Origin: the human T2T-CHM13v2.0 reference genome, Homo sapiens
DNA length: 64,000 nt
NCBI RefSeq assembly: GCF_009914755.1
Contig: NC_060940.1
Strand: one strand, 5' to 3'
The notes under the pieces were generated by a model that was not told where the DNA came from, did no database searches, and was given only the letters and a program-made list of their open reading frames with translations. How positions within the stretch are numbered: position 1 is the first letter of the stretch; every line of letters starts with the position of its first letter. Below are positions 28,061-40,135 of this stretch, piece by piece. The position numbers and the translations under genes are program-made.

Positions 28061-30490
28061 AAACATGCCTCGAACATTTATTTACAGAATTCATCTTATG
28101 TAAGTGTTTTTAACATAAGTGCTGTATGTGTGAGGTAACAGGAAACATTTTTTCATGGCAGTCCTGAGTTGATCGCTAATAAGAGTAGGATTGCAGAGAG
28201 ATGAGTGACCACAATAAAACCAAGGGAAGCGGGAGACAGCAGCGTGAGAACAGTCGTGGCTCTGAGTGCCACAGAGCGGCCGGAAGGGCTGTCTGGGGAA
28301 GTGAGTGGGAGTGATGGCGTCTCAGCGGCTTGGGTTGAGTTTCCGGATACACAGCCTGTGCCCCGGGATGGAGGTGTCGGGAGCAGTCTTGATCCATGGC
28401 AGTGTTGGTGCTGAGCAGTCAGGAGTTCACCCAGGCTCCTCCCCACCACCTCCCCCACCCTGAAAGACGCCCTTTCCATCCCTGCCCTGTGAGACCGGAC
28501 GCCTGGAGAGCAAACTTCTCAGGTGCTAGAGGCGCTCAGCTCTCCAGAGCTCAGCCGCCGACTGGTGTTGGACTCAGGTTCTCTGCGTGACCCGGAGGCG
28601 CAGGATCCTTTTTAACTCAGGGTTAAATTATTTTTCACTTTAAGAAATGCTTAAGCATTACAGGCAAAACCTTTACAATAGAATCGTTGATGGAAAACAG
28701 CCCACTCAAAAAGACAAACAAAATAAAAGCAGCCCACACCAAAAAAGCATTCTGAAAGAAAATGGTAGTGTTCAGTTTCTAAACTGAGGTCTCTGTAATG
28801 TGTAGCTTGCAGAATGTCAGTGTTACAGGTGTCTAAAATTCTCAAATACGATGTCACATAATCATAAAGTCTCTGATTTTAGAGCGAAGCCACCCTATCA
28901 GGAGCCCACCGGGTTTTCAAAGTTGTCCTCCAGGAGTGTGCACTTTTTGCTGTTCAGGGTACCCCCCCTCTTCCTCTCCCCTCCCCTTTTAATCTTTCTG
29001 CTCCCCTTTTCCCATCCCAAATATTCATTAAGCATCCACTAGTACCTGATGGGAATGGAGGTTCTTTTGAAGCATCCGTTATGTGATATCGTAGACATCT
29101 AGCCAGTAGATGGCCAGAGTTGGCGTGTTTGGGACAAATGTAGCCTTACCTTTATGGGCTGTCCCTAGTCCCCAGCATCCTGGCATACCCCAACACATTA
29201 TATTTTCTTGTGGGGCAAATAATTATGAGGAGCCCAACAGATAAAATGTCTCATGCGTTCCACATAGAATTCTTATTCTCTACCTTGAATAGGAGAGATG
29301 AGTTATTGACAGTTATGGTTCATCACGTCCTGGCGCTGGAAGCATTTTGAGCCGTGATGTGTGTAACGACACAGCCCGGTGCTGCCTTTAGGTTTGAATT
29401 CTGTGTGGGTTTGCTCTGTGTTATCCATTGTTGGAACCATGTATTTCATTTTATGCAGAGTTGCTTTTGAAATTCATAAACAGCTTGAGTAAGCCTTTGC
29501 AAAAGCCAGATGAAAATTAATTTTTGGCGTGGATGGCATATCTAATGTGAATCTGTTCTCTGAAGACTTACCTGGAGATGGTGAGGCTGACCTTGAACTG
29601 AATTGACATGGAGTTGGTTGTGTTGTGGAACGTAACACCATGCTCTAAGGCTCTGAACAACCGTGCAGCCCAGTGACTCGCAAAGGATGGCCTTCTGATT
29701 TGTTCACTATCCTGCTGGAGATGGAAATCTGGCATTCGTCACCTCTGTGACTGCAGGGGACTAACGTGTGGAATCCCAGGGACAGGAACACTCTGAGCCA
29801 TCGCCTGAAAAGTGACCGTGGAGCTACATTTCCCAGGACGTTCATGGAAGTTAGGGCTTCGGTCTTGGACAACACACAGATAACATTTATCGGAATTATT
29901 CTTTCATCTGTTCTTGGAAAGTCAGCATTCAAATGAAAGTAGGAGAGAGAGGGATCTTAAAAAGATTGTGTTTCAATTATTGGTTAATTCCTTTCTATAG
30001 ACGGCCTAAGAAAAAAGGATAAATTAATAACTATTCACTGTGGTCTGACAGTACAAATTCCAGGCTGGGATTTTTAAATCATCGTTTTGTTTCCCTTTTT
30101 CCCGACAGTAGGGAATTCTGAATATATAAAAAGTTGAGTAATACAGCAAATTATATCAGGAAGCAGATATGAGACAGTGCCTTCCATTTCAGTGTAGAAA
30201 AGGCATCATTTAAACTCAGAGTCTTTGAGGATCGGCAGCTTTCTAGGAAGAGACACTAGAAATGTGTGAATCACTGGTTGTTAATAGGCAGGGACTCTCA
30301 TGGCCTAGAGCGTTTGCCTCCATTCCCAGTCTGCCTCTCACTTGGCCTGCGACCTCGATCAGGGTCATTCACTTCTGGAGACGTCTGAGCGCCTCTCCCG
30401 TGAGATGGATCATGGGCTGGCTCAGCTGCTGGGGTTACTGTGAGGACTGAGGAAATGAGGCCTCTGAAGTGGTGGAGGTGTGGATTCAGG

Positions 30491-30780
30491 AGCCTGCCTG
30501 ACAGGACGGGCCCTCCCTCAGTGCAGTGTGACGTGGGCCTGCCCCATGCCTAGTTCCTAGACCGCTGCCCGCACCCATCAGAGCTCAGCCTGCCTGACAG
30601 GACGGGCCCTCCCTCAGTGCAGTGTGAGGTGGGCCCGCCCCATGCCTAGTTCCTAGACCGCTGCCCGCACCCACTAGAGCTCAGCCTGCCTGATGGGACG
30701 GGCTCTCTCTCAGTGTGGTGTGACGTGGGCGTGCCCCATGCCTAGTCCTTAGACTGCTGCCTGCACCCGTCAGAGCTCAG
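30491..30780. repeat. Minisatellite, 96-bp unit x3
   Basis: AGCCTGCCTGACAGGACGGGCCCTCCCTCAGTGCAGTGTGA...CCCATCAGAGCTC at 30491, 30587 and ~30683. Confidence 0.92.
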
Positions 30781-30869
30781 CAGGCCTTTGTGCTTTCCTG
30801 GTGCAGGAGGCTCCAGGAGTGGTATCCTTTATGGTCTCTACACATGGGGCCCTCCTTGCACAGGTCAGA

Positions 30870-31015
30870 ACCCCCTTGCCTCAGAACCTCCTTGCTAAGC
30901 AGGGCCTACCCCACAGCCTCTGATTGGTTGGGCCCAAGAAAGAGCATTTTCAGCAAGTTCCCTGCCACTGCTAATGCTGCTGGTCTGAGAACATGCCTGA
31001 AAATCTCTAGTACTT
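30870..31015. mobile_element. MER5A-like hAT-Charlie remnant
   Basis: gggcctaccccacagcctctgatt...gggcccaagaa...gcattttcagcaagttccc...tgctaatgctgctggtctgagaac. Confidence 0.6.
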
Positions 31016-32149
31016 AGAGGAGTGAGGTGGGAGTGGTATTGTCAACAGGAAATCCATGGACACAGGTGTGGATGGGAACCGGTAGACTGGGGTGGGTCAG
31101 CACTCATAATGTGGCTGTGCTGAGCAGGAAGCGCAGGGCGTGGAGCTGTGAGCCGCAAACACAGGCCAGCACAAACTGGGTCCTGCTGGACACTCCAGGC
31201 GGGAGATTCCTGGGAGGACAGGCCAGGTGGCCTTGGGGTAACTCTGGTGGGGCAGAGTTTAGAGTCAGAGTCTCCTGCGGTGCTGAAAAAGGCCAGGAAG
31301 AAGTGTTGAGGCCTGGACGAGGCCACTGGTTGTGGAGGGAGGGCTCATTGTGACCTGCAGTGCAGGAGGAGTCACCCAGAGCTGGGGCAGCTCCGTGTGG
31401 GGTGGAGGGCACGGCCAGCCTTGGGTGCACTGGGTCTGGACATTTGCACACTGGCCCTCAGTGAGTCCTGAGCCTGCCAGAGGATGAGCTTAGCGGCTGC
31501 CCCGACACTGCCTTGAGGTGGAGCCTGGGGAGGACGGAGGTGGTGGGTGGCAGCACCCCCCAGGAGCTGGCTGTCATCCTAAGTCAGGGAGGTTCTCGGT
31601 GTGGGCATGGAGAGCCCACGTCATCCCTCCTGGAGGGTCTCAGTGACACTTTGACATGATTTTGACTCACTGTTTGAAAAACAACTCTGAATTCTTGTCC
31701 AGTGTTTACTTTAAAAATATTATCTCACCACAGAGAGCTCAGCTAAGTGTGTTTGAGCACTGTTAATTCCTGAGAGAGGCTGCAGGGATCTTTAGCAGCT
31801 TGGTGGCTACAGCTGAGAGCCCCTGCCCACCGTCCCCACACCATCCTCGCACTGGTCCTGCATCACCCACATCCCGGTGTGGGTGGGTGATGGTCGGGGA
31901 GGCTGGTGGCTCAGGATGCTGCTGCCCTTCCTGCTGCCTGCCTCGGGTCCTCTGTTTGTGATCTCCAGGTCCTAAGTCCAGAGATGCTTGGTGTCGCTGG
32001 AGACCACCCTCATGTACCCAGAGTTCCCATTAAATGAGCCTCAGTGCTGGGAACCCTGGGAAGTTTAAAGACAGTGGGTCTCACTGTGAGCCCTACTGAC
32101 ACCAGGCCCTCAGCTATTCCTGGATTACTGAGCAGCTCTGTAATCAGCT

Positions 32150-32522
32150 GCTTGCCCCCTCTGCCCGTCCCTCTGCCTGTGCCCCCTCAGCTTGTGCCCT
32201 CTGGCCGTGCCCCCTCAGCTCATGCCCTCTGCTCGTCTCCTCTGCCTGTCCCCTCTGCCCGTCCCTCTGCCTGTCCCTCTGCCTGTGCTCCCTTAGCTCG
32301 TGCCCTCTGCCCGTCCCCTCTGCCTGTGCCCTCTGCCCGTGCTCCTTCTGCCCATCCCTCTGCTTGTGCCCTCTGCCTGTGCCCCTTCAGCTCGTCTCCT
32401 CTGTCCCTCTGTCCATGCCCTCTGCCTGTACCTCCCTGCCTGTGCCCTCTGCCCGTGCCCCCTCAGCTCGTGCCCTCTGCCCGTCCCTCTGCCAGTCCCC
32501 TCTGCCTGTGCCAGTTCAGCTC
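32150..32522. repeat. Degenerate pyrimidine-rich repeat (CCCTCTGCCYGTG)n
   Basis: Many CCCTCTGCC / CCCCTCAGCTCGTG submotifs, with almost no A on the + strand. Confidence 0.88.
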
Positions 32523-35500
32523 GGACCACGCTGGGCGTGGGCGCCTGCTTTCTGCCCAGGTGACTGGGCCCTGCTCGGTTCTCCACCCTCTCCTGTCCCT
32601 CATCTGCCCTATGTTCCCTGCTCTGGCCACGCTGGTTCCCTTACCTTCCTGGAGCACGTGGCCCCTCCTGGCCCAGGCCGATGCTGCTCCCCGCTCTGGA
32701 ATGTTCTCTGGAGTTCTTCCCCTGGGTGGCTGCTTCCCGCTTCCCTGCTTGGGGTCACCCGTTCTCGTCTGAGGTCAGCTCTACCCCTGCCTGTCTCCCT
32801 GTTCGCTTGCAGGCCACTGTCCCTGGCACTTGGGAGTCAGGAGGAGCGGGGCCGAGGTCTCGCGCTCCAGGAGCTACCAGGCAGCTGCCGCAGGGACTCA
32901 GGTACTCAGGTGCTCTTCTAGCGCCTCAGCGGCTTTCACTCCATTCGTGCTCCTTTACCCGGGGCTCTGTACCGGTGCTGCCAGGAGGCCTGGCTGGCCT
33001 GGGCTGGGAGCCCACATTGAGCAGCATCTGTGTGGGATCGAGGCTGATTCCCGCGGCCCCGGTTCACATTGGATGGCATCTGATGGTGTCACCCTGGCCT
33101 GCGCCCAGTCTGGGTTTGTGAGTCCGGGGACCTTGCAGTGGGACAGTTCCCATTTGCCAGCATGGGCCTCCGCAGCCTCTGCTTGCCAGCCACCAGGGGC
33201 CACAAGCAAATCTCTGCCCCTTGCCCAGGCCCCAAGGCAGAACATTTTTAAAAATCCTCCCTTCAGAAGGACAGACACAGGGAAGGATTCAGCCCCTTAG
33301 GTTTAATCTGACCAGGAAATCTGTGGCATGGTTTAAGGTCAGCACAAGCGGGGACTATGTCTGGGGCCTCCCGTCCATGCAGGAGAAGCATGTGGCGCTG
33401 GGAAATGCGTGGTGCAGGTGCCAATGCTCCAGAGCCGCCTCGGCCACTGTCCTCCCACATCTTGGGTTTCCCCTGCAGATTCCCATTTAGATCTTTGGTC
33501 CCATGGAGTCCATGACCATCTCTAGCCATGGTGTGACCAGCATGTGGCTTCAGATCTTGGAGACTGGACCACTCCTGCCTTGGCTCACACGTCCCCTCTG
33601 TTTCCCCTTCCCCTCCCCATGGCTTCCTTACTGGACTGCTGCTGACCAGGGCCTGCGCCGCTGTGTTCGATGACATTGACCCGTGACTCTGAGCAAGAGC
33701 TTAGATGCGGAGCTTTAGACCCAGCGCCAGGCCCTTGGGTGTCCCGTAAGGATTCGTAGATACATTCGTAGAATCCCCGGAAGCTGGAGTCTCGAAGCTT
33801 TGCAGCTGCGGCCTTTAGAGAGCCCTTGCCATGAGACTCCACCCATTAGCCTTGAGGTCACGTGTTTCCGTTTTGCTCCTCATATACAGGTGGAATGTAA
33901 TAGTGGCTGACCGACGGATGTTCTGAAAAAATGCACGTCTGAGCGTACGTTCCTGGCAGCATCCCTGTACTTCTGAACCACCTCTGAGCATCGATGCTCC
34001 TTACTCATCTGTGTCCTGAATTTCAAAAATTAGAGCTGTCTTCTATCCTTAGCTACAGCCAAGAGCCCAGCCACACTGGCCTGCCCCTGTGACAATGTGT
34101 GTTTGAAGACAGGGTGACCAGCCCTGCCCTGATATTTCATGGAAATCTTATATTTCAGGGAATGGGAGAGGCTGCTTGTGGAGGGAGCTGTGTACGCTAG
34201 GAGCACACGGCAGCCACAGGCTTCTCGGCTGTGCTCCAGGCTTCCTGGCCCGGCAGGCAGGGCTGGCTGCCCTTGTAGGAGCCGGAAAGTCAATATTGGG
34301 ACATTTCAGAATAAAGCTCACAGACGTTCTGAGGCAGCGATGCCCAGGATGGCATGACTGTAGCCAGCCCTGGGCCTCAGAGACTCTGGCAGAGCGTGGC
34401 GTCCCTCATAGGTCCCGGCCCCTCGTGGGAGGTATTCAGGTTTCTACCCTTCCACAGGGGAGGACGTGCTGGGGGAGGGGAGACTCGCAGCCTCACTTTG
34501 GTTCAACTTCAGGGTCAGAAGAGATTGGGCAGCTGCTGAGCTTCCAAGCAGGAGTGTGAGTTTTCCCGTTTATGATCATCTGTGGAGCTTTCTTCCATCA
34601 CACGGGGAGGCTTTGAAAAGGCAGCCTTTCACATACTGTACTTGGTCAACCTGAGGACAACCCGGAGATGCCGTTACACAGAGAAGGAATCCGTGGTTCA
34701 GAGAAGACTAGTGACTTGTGAAGGGTCAGCTAGGAAGCTGAGAGCCCACGCTTGGGAGGGAGGGAGGCGGAGAGGTGTGGAGGGGCTGGCGGGCGTCACT
34801 GCCTGGGCAGGCAGGTGGGAAGTCCCACTCCATCGTCACAGGAGTGTGCTTTGCAGGCAACCTCAGGCCACTCCAGGTGTCTGGGCACCGTGTCTCCTCC
34901 GTGTGGAGTGTGGGCCTGTCCACGGGTCCTTGCTGTGGCCTCACTGACAGTGCAGAACGTGGCGCATTCCCACACCTGAATGCGCTGCTCTGGGCGGCTG
35001 CATTGTAACTGCCCTGAGAATGCTGGCGTCAAGGGCATGCTGTGACTTACACTGTGCAGAGGCAAGGACTGGCATTGTGTGCACGGGGGCGACGCCAGGC
35101 CGGCTGCTGATGCTAGAGCCCCTCACCTCTGCGTCTTTCTTGGTGGGAGTGGCTGGCCAGTGGGAGAGCATGGCTGGCAGTGAGGTGTGAGGGACCCCGG
35201 GGAGGGTTCCGCTCTGCAGGTGGCTGGGGCAGGTACCAACTGTGTGCAAGGATATCGGTATTGCTGGGGTCCCGGGTCCAGGGTGAGCAGAGTGTGTGAC
35301 CGTGTTGGCGCTCAGGTCCCGAGGCCCTGCAGCCCCACAGGCACGTGGCCGCTTCTCGGGGGTGGTGGGATCGTGTCTGTTCCGCGTCAGTTCTTTCTTG
35401 GGCAGCAGTCGGAGGCTCCAGCGCTCTTGGTGACTGCCTCACAAGTTACGAGGGATTTGCCCAGCCCTGCGTGGAGCATCTTTCCCGACTGTGCCTGAGC

Positions 35501-35573
35501 AGAGCGCTCTGCTGTCCTGAATGTGAGCTTATTTGAGCCTTGGCCATCTGAGGACCTGTCTTCTGTTTTTCAG

Positions 35574-35813
35574 AGGACTACCCCAATGGCACCTGGCTGG
35601 GCGACGAGAACAACCCCGAGATGCGGGTACGCTGCGCCATCATCCCCTCCGACATGCTGCACATCAGCACCAACTGCCGCACGGCCGAGAAGATGGCGCT
35701 CACGCTGCTGGACTACCTCTTCCACCGCGAGGTGCAGGCTGTGTCCAACCTCTCGGGGCAGGGCAAGCACGGGAAGAAGCAGCTGGACCCGCTCACCATC
35801 TACGGCATCCGGT
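35574..35813 (+). CDS. BANP: BANP coding exon, N-terminal part of the BEN domain
   Basis: Acceptor ttctgtttttcAG|AG and donor CGGT|GTAAGT. Encodes DYPNGTWLGDENNPEMRVRC...LDPLTIYGIR(C). 240 nt. Confidence 0.96.
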
Positions 35814-36661
35814 GTAAGTCGGGCCCCGCCTTGGGGGACTGGGGTGTGCGGGGAGCTGGGTCAGGACCCACATTTCAATGCTGAGGACGCTGGCATCAGT
35901 AGCACCGGCACGGGGCTGCGTTTCTCCAGGCGGTTTGAAATCTCAGCCCGAGGATCAGTGCTCGAGGGGATGGATGAGCTGTTGACCCTGATGTGCTTAC
36001 TACGCACGGCATGCCCGCACCAAAATACCTCATATACCCCATCATATATATACCTACTGTGTACCCTTAGAAGGTGAAAAACTCCTCGCCTCCTGTCTGT
36101 AGGCCACTCTTGAGGAAGAGAGAGGAGGAGGAGAGCCGGGGCCTTCCCTGCTGTCCTGGCCACGCTGACCCAGGCCCCCCTGAGCCTCTCCTAAGCGGGT
36201 GGAGTGCCACCTGCCTCCTTCCTTCTGAGAGGGCTGGGCCTCAGCAGCCGTGCCAGGGCCTCAGCGCTGACCTGGCTGTGATGGGAGCCAGGAGAGCTCC
36301 AAAGCCTGATTTTCGTGCCCAGCCCGGCCTGTGACGTCTCCGTCCCCTCTGAAGAGCGGGATTTGCTCCAGGTGGCGATTGCGGTACTGCCCTTCAATGG
36401 CGTTTGATGGGCGCTCAGGTCCTCCTTGCCAGCGTCCATGGTCCATTTGCTCCACAGAGCCCGTCTGCTTCAGAAGCCGTCCTCCTGGCTTCTAACGAAG
36501 ATGTAAAGTGAAGCAGCAGCAAACACAAGAGACACGAGGCCCCTGGCGGGAGGGTGTGGGAGGGTGCAGTGGCCTCCGGCAATCTGGGCTCTGGAGAGTC
36601 ACCTCAGGGGAGCGTGAAATGTAAATCTGATCTCGAAACAGGGCGAGCGAGGCAGAGCATT

Positions 36662-36870
36662 CAGCGTCCAGGATCTCAGCATGCCGGGGGCGTCCGGGAT
36701 CTCAGCGTGCGGGGGGCGGGGCGTCCGGGATCTCGGCGTGCGGGGGGCGGGGCGTGCGGGATCTCAGCGTGCGGGGGGCGTCCGGGCGTGCGGGATCTCA
36801 GCGTGCGGGGGGCGGGGCGTCCGGGATCTCAGCGTGCGGGGGGCGGGGCGTGCGGGATCTCAGCGTGCAG
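36662..36870. repeat. GC-rich minisatellite, ~31-bp unit x~6-7
   Basis: Unit GGGATCTCAGCGTGCGGGGGGCGGGGCGTCC. Confidence 0.93.
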
Positions 36871-37284
36871 GGCCAGCTGTTCCAGCAGGAAAGAGCCTTG
36901 CTCCTCTGGGAAGCACAGTGTGGCCCGTGAGCCTCTGTCAGGAGCAGTGGGGGAGTGGAAGGGCTCCGCTGTTCCGTAGCTGCTGTGAAAATGGGGTCTG
37001 AGTAAGACTGGGGTGTCGTGCTGACTGCAGGTTTTTCTGGAAGCTGCTGAGAGGTGGGTCCAGGTCCCACCCACATGCGTGTGAGCAGGTCATGGCATCT
37101 TCCCATGTGCCATGTCTTGTCCCAGGCGTGTGCCCCAGCTGTCAGACACCAGCGGGCGCCCATCCTGGACCCTGAGGGTAGTATCAGATAACTCCTGGGA
37201 GACCACACGTGGGGCCTCCTCACAGCTTCTCAGCGGTGGAGTAAAGCAGGTCACGAGGATCAGAGGGTCATGGGGCAGGGGTCA

Positions 37285-37470
37285 CCCTCAGCCTTCTTCT
37301 GAAGGGCCACACGGCAGATATTTCAGGCTTTGCAGGCCCTGGGGTCTCTGTTCAACTGCTTAGCTCTGAAAGCAGCCACAGACGAGGTGTCAGCGCATGG
37401 TCGTGGATGTGCTCCAACAGGACACTGCCTTCAGAGGCGGGCAGCAGGCCCACCACCCCCTCCACCCTCT
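37285..37470. mobile_element. MER58-like hAT remnant
   Basis: aagggccacacggcagatatttcaggctttgcaggcc...gtctctgttcaactgct...gaaagcagccacagac. Confidence 0.6.
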
Positions 37471-39734
37471 GCTTTAGGGCATGGCGTGGCCAGGAGCACA
37501 CATCTGCGCACCAGACCACGTGATGTGCTTCCAGCTTGAAACCCGGGGGTTGCTTCGTGCTGGTGCTTGCTGTGTGGATCACAGTGTGGAGTGCGTTGAG
37601 ATATATAGACGAATGAGAAATGGCCCTGATGGCAGAGCGTGCGGTCAGGTAGATAGAAACGTCTGCAACCTGAGAGGTGGCATTGTGGGGTGTCGCAGGA
37701 GTGTCAGGCTGGGCTACAGGTTGGAGGCGCAGCCTGGACAGAGAGGAGTGGGTGCTCTTTGGAGAGGATGGTGGTGTGTGGGATGAGCGTGCTGTGCTGT
37801 GTGGGGCAGTGGCATTCGGGGCTGGGCCCTGTTCCCAGGTGAGGAGTCCCTGCTCCTCGGGGGAGAAGACAGGGGCCTTGGATGTGAAGCTGGAGGCCGG
37901 CTGGCTCTGCCTTGGAGACGGTGCCTTGGATTGTCAGGCTAAGGATTCGGGCTTTCAGGGCATTGGCTGCGATTCTTTTATTAATCGAGCACAGGGAATG
38001 TTCCAGTGAGGTGACAGGGGCATGGCAGGGCGATACTCAGAGCAGAGTCCATGGCGGTGGGGTGGCTGTGTCTGTATTCAGGGAGTCCATGTAGGGCGGT
38101 GGAAGGCACTGTATGGGGCAGAATGGGGCAGGCTGCGATTCCTTGCGTGTTGTGGCTATGAGTTGACCTTCTCTGCTGAGCTTCTCCTTGCTTGGGAAGT
38201 GCTGCCAACCTCGATGGGGGTCTGGAGGCCGGAGAGGGGAGTGGGAGCCTGGCATGGGCCACCACCCTCTCCCCTGGGCCCGCTGGCTTCGGGGCCATCC
38301 TCCAGACAGCTGAGGTCATTGGCTGTGTTCACCAGGCTGCTGAACCTCATGGCTTGGGGCCCACTGGCCCGGCCTCCCCAGGCTCTGAGCTGGGCTCTGG
38401 AGCACGGTCCCCTGGCAGGGGCGTCCGCTAGCACCGTCATTCTGCTGGAAGTCCCTCCGGGGTGGGGCTCCTGGGCTTGCTCACAGTGCCCGGCCCCTTG
38501 GAGATGCCCAGTGAATTCTGGTCTCTAGAGCCGAGCTTTGGGAAGGTCATGGTGTGGCTGACCTTCAGGGTGACTTTGCATGAGGAAGGCTGGCCTGTCC
38601 ACAGGGCCGTGTGGAGGGGCCTGGAGCAACTGCTGCGTATGGACCAGGGCTGTGCCTTCTCCCCCGCCTCAGGCTAGGCGTGCCTGCGTGGCTCGTGCTT
38701 AGACGGAATTGCTGAAACGTAAAAAGCATGGCTTTACCTTTTCTTCCTGTGGCCCAGTTTCATTCTTATTGCTGATTGTTGCCCAAAAAACCAAAACAAA
38801 TGAAATAAATGCATGGAGCAAACCTCCCAGGCCCCAGCTTGAACAGCGGCAGGAGTGGAATTGGCCGCATTGCCCCACCTCACTCTCTGCTGTTGCTTCA
38901 GAGCCCGCAGTGACGCCTGTAGCCTCAGCAGTCAGAGGCCTGCGGCTGTCCTCACTCAACCCAGGCAGCTCACGAGGGAGAAGATTTTGATTTAAGTTTC
39001 TCCTTATTTGTCAGCAGAAAGATTTTCTTTCTTTTTCTGGAGAAAAAAGTCTACATTTTGAAACACACAGTAGGTAAAGTCTCTAAGTACCACCTTCTCA
39101 AAATGAGGAAATGAGGTTATTGAAAGAGGGAGAGAGAGAAATTTGCTTTTTGGGGTGTTGGCTTTCTTAGGGTTCCCAAGGATTGGTGGACCCCCCGAAT
39201 TTGGGCAGCTAACCAGATTTGTGTGTTTTATGCAAAAGTAGCATATTATTGCAACTTGGAAAACCTTGGAGCATTTTCCTAAGGAATGTGCTCTCAGGAC
39301 AGCAGCATTCGCCTGTTTTCTCTATGAAGAGAAATTGGTTTAGTTCTTAGGATTTCTATCCACGGCTCGCTCACGCCTCTGCTTGGACTCTGCATCCAAG
39401 CCGGTGACCCCGGATCTGAGGGCTTTTCTAAAGAATGCTGTCTAAGGCCGTGCCACCCTGAACACACCCGATCTCGTCTGATCTAAAGAATGCTGCTGTG
39501 GATGGCCGATCCCCATGAGACCTCCTAGCAGTTACGGAAAGACTGGATTCATTTGCACAAGGTAAAAAGTTATGCTTTCAGGGTTGACCTGTCAGATGAT
39601 TGTAGTTCTTTTCAAATCATTCACTCCAAGCCCCAGGTGGTGGTACCTAGTGGGAAGCAGCGGGGGCCACTTCACCCACACCTGTCCCTGTGAGTGCAGG
39701 TGTGCGACCTGGCCCCGTTGTGTCTTGCAGGGTG

Positions 39735-40135
39735 CCTCAGGTTCCTGTGGCCGCGGGGACAAAGCTCACAGCCTGGCTGGCTTAGAACACAGGCTTGTGT
39801 TCTCGTGCAGGTTTGGAGGCCAGATGCCTGGGATGAAGGTGTGGGCAGGGCCACGCTGCCTGAGAAGGCCCTTTCCCTCTCCCAGCTTCTGGTGGTGGCC
39901 GCATCCCTCCAGTCTCTGGCCGCATCCCCCTCGGCTGTCTTCCCCCCATGTCTCCCTCTGTGTCCCTCTCCTTATGAGGACAGTCACTGGATTTGGAGCT
40001 CCCTCTCCTGCAGGATGACCTCATTACAACCTAATGAATCACATCTGCAGAGACCCTAGTTCCCAGTCAGGTCACATTCTGGGGTCCTGGACCAGGACGT
40101 GAGTTTTGTGGGGACACTGTTCAGCCCAGGACACA
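39735..40135. mobile_element. MaLR (MLT1-type) solo LTR
   Basis: tggcttagaacac...tggaggccagatgcctgggatgaaggtgtgggcagggccacgct...cttatgaggaca...atcacatctgcagagaccct...ggtcacattc...ggggacactgttcagccca. Confidence 0.8.

Noticed and set aside
32044-32921. 242-aa Pro/Cys/Leu-rich ORF and overlapping ORFs
   Set aside because: Produced by an A-poor low-complexity repeat that can hardly form stop codons.
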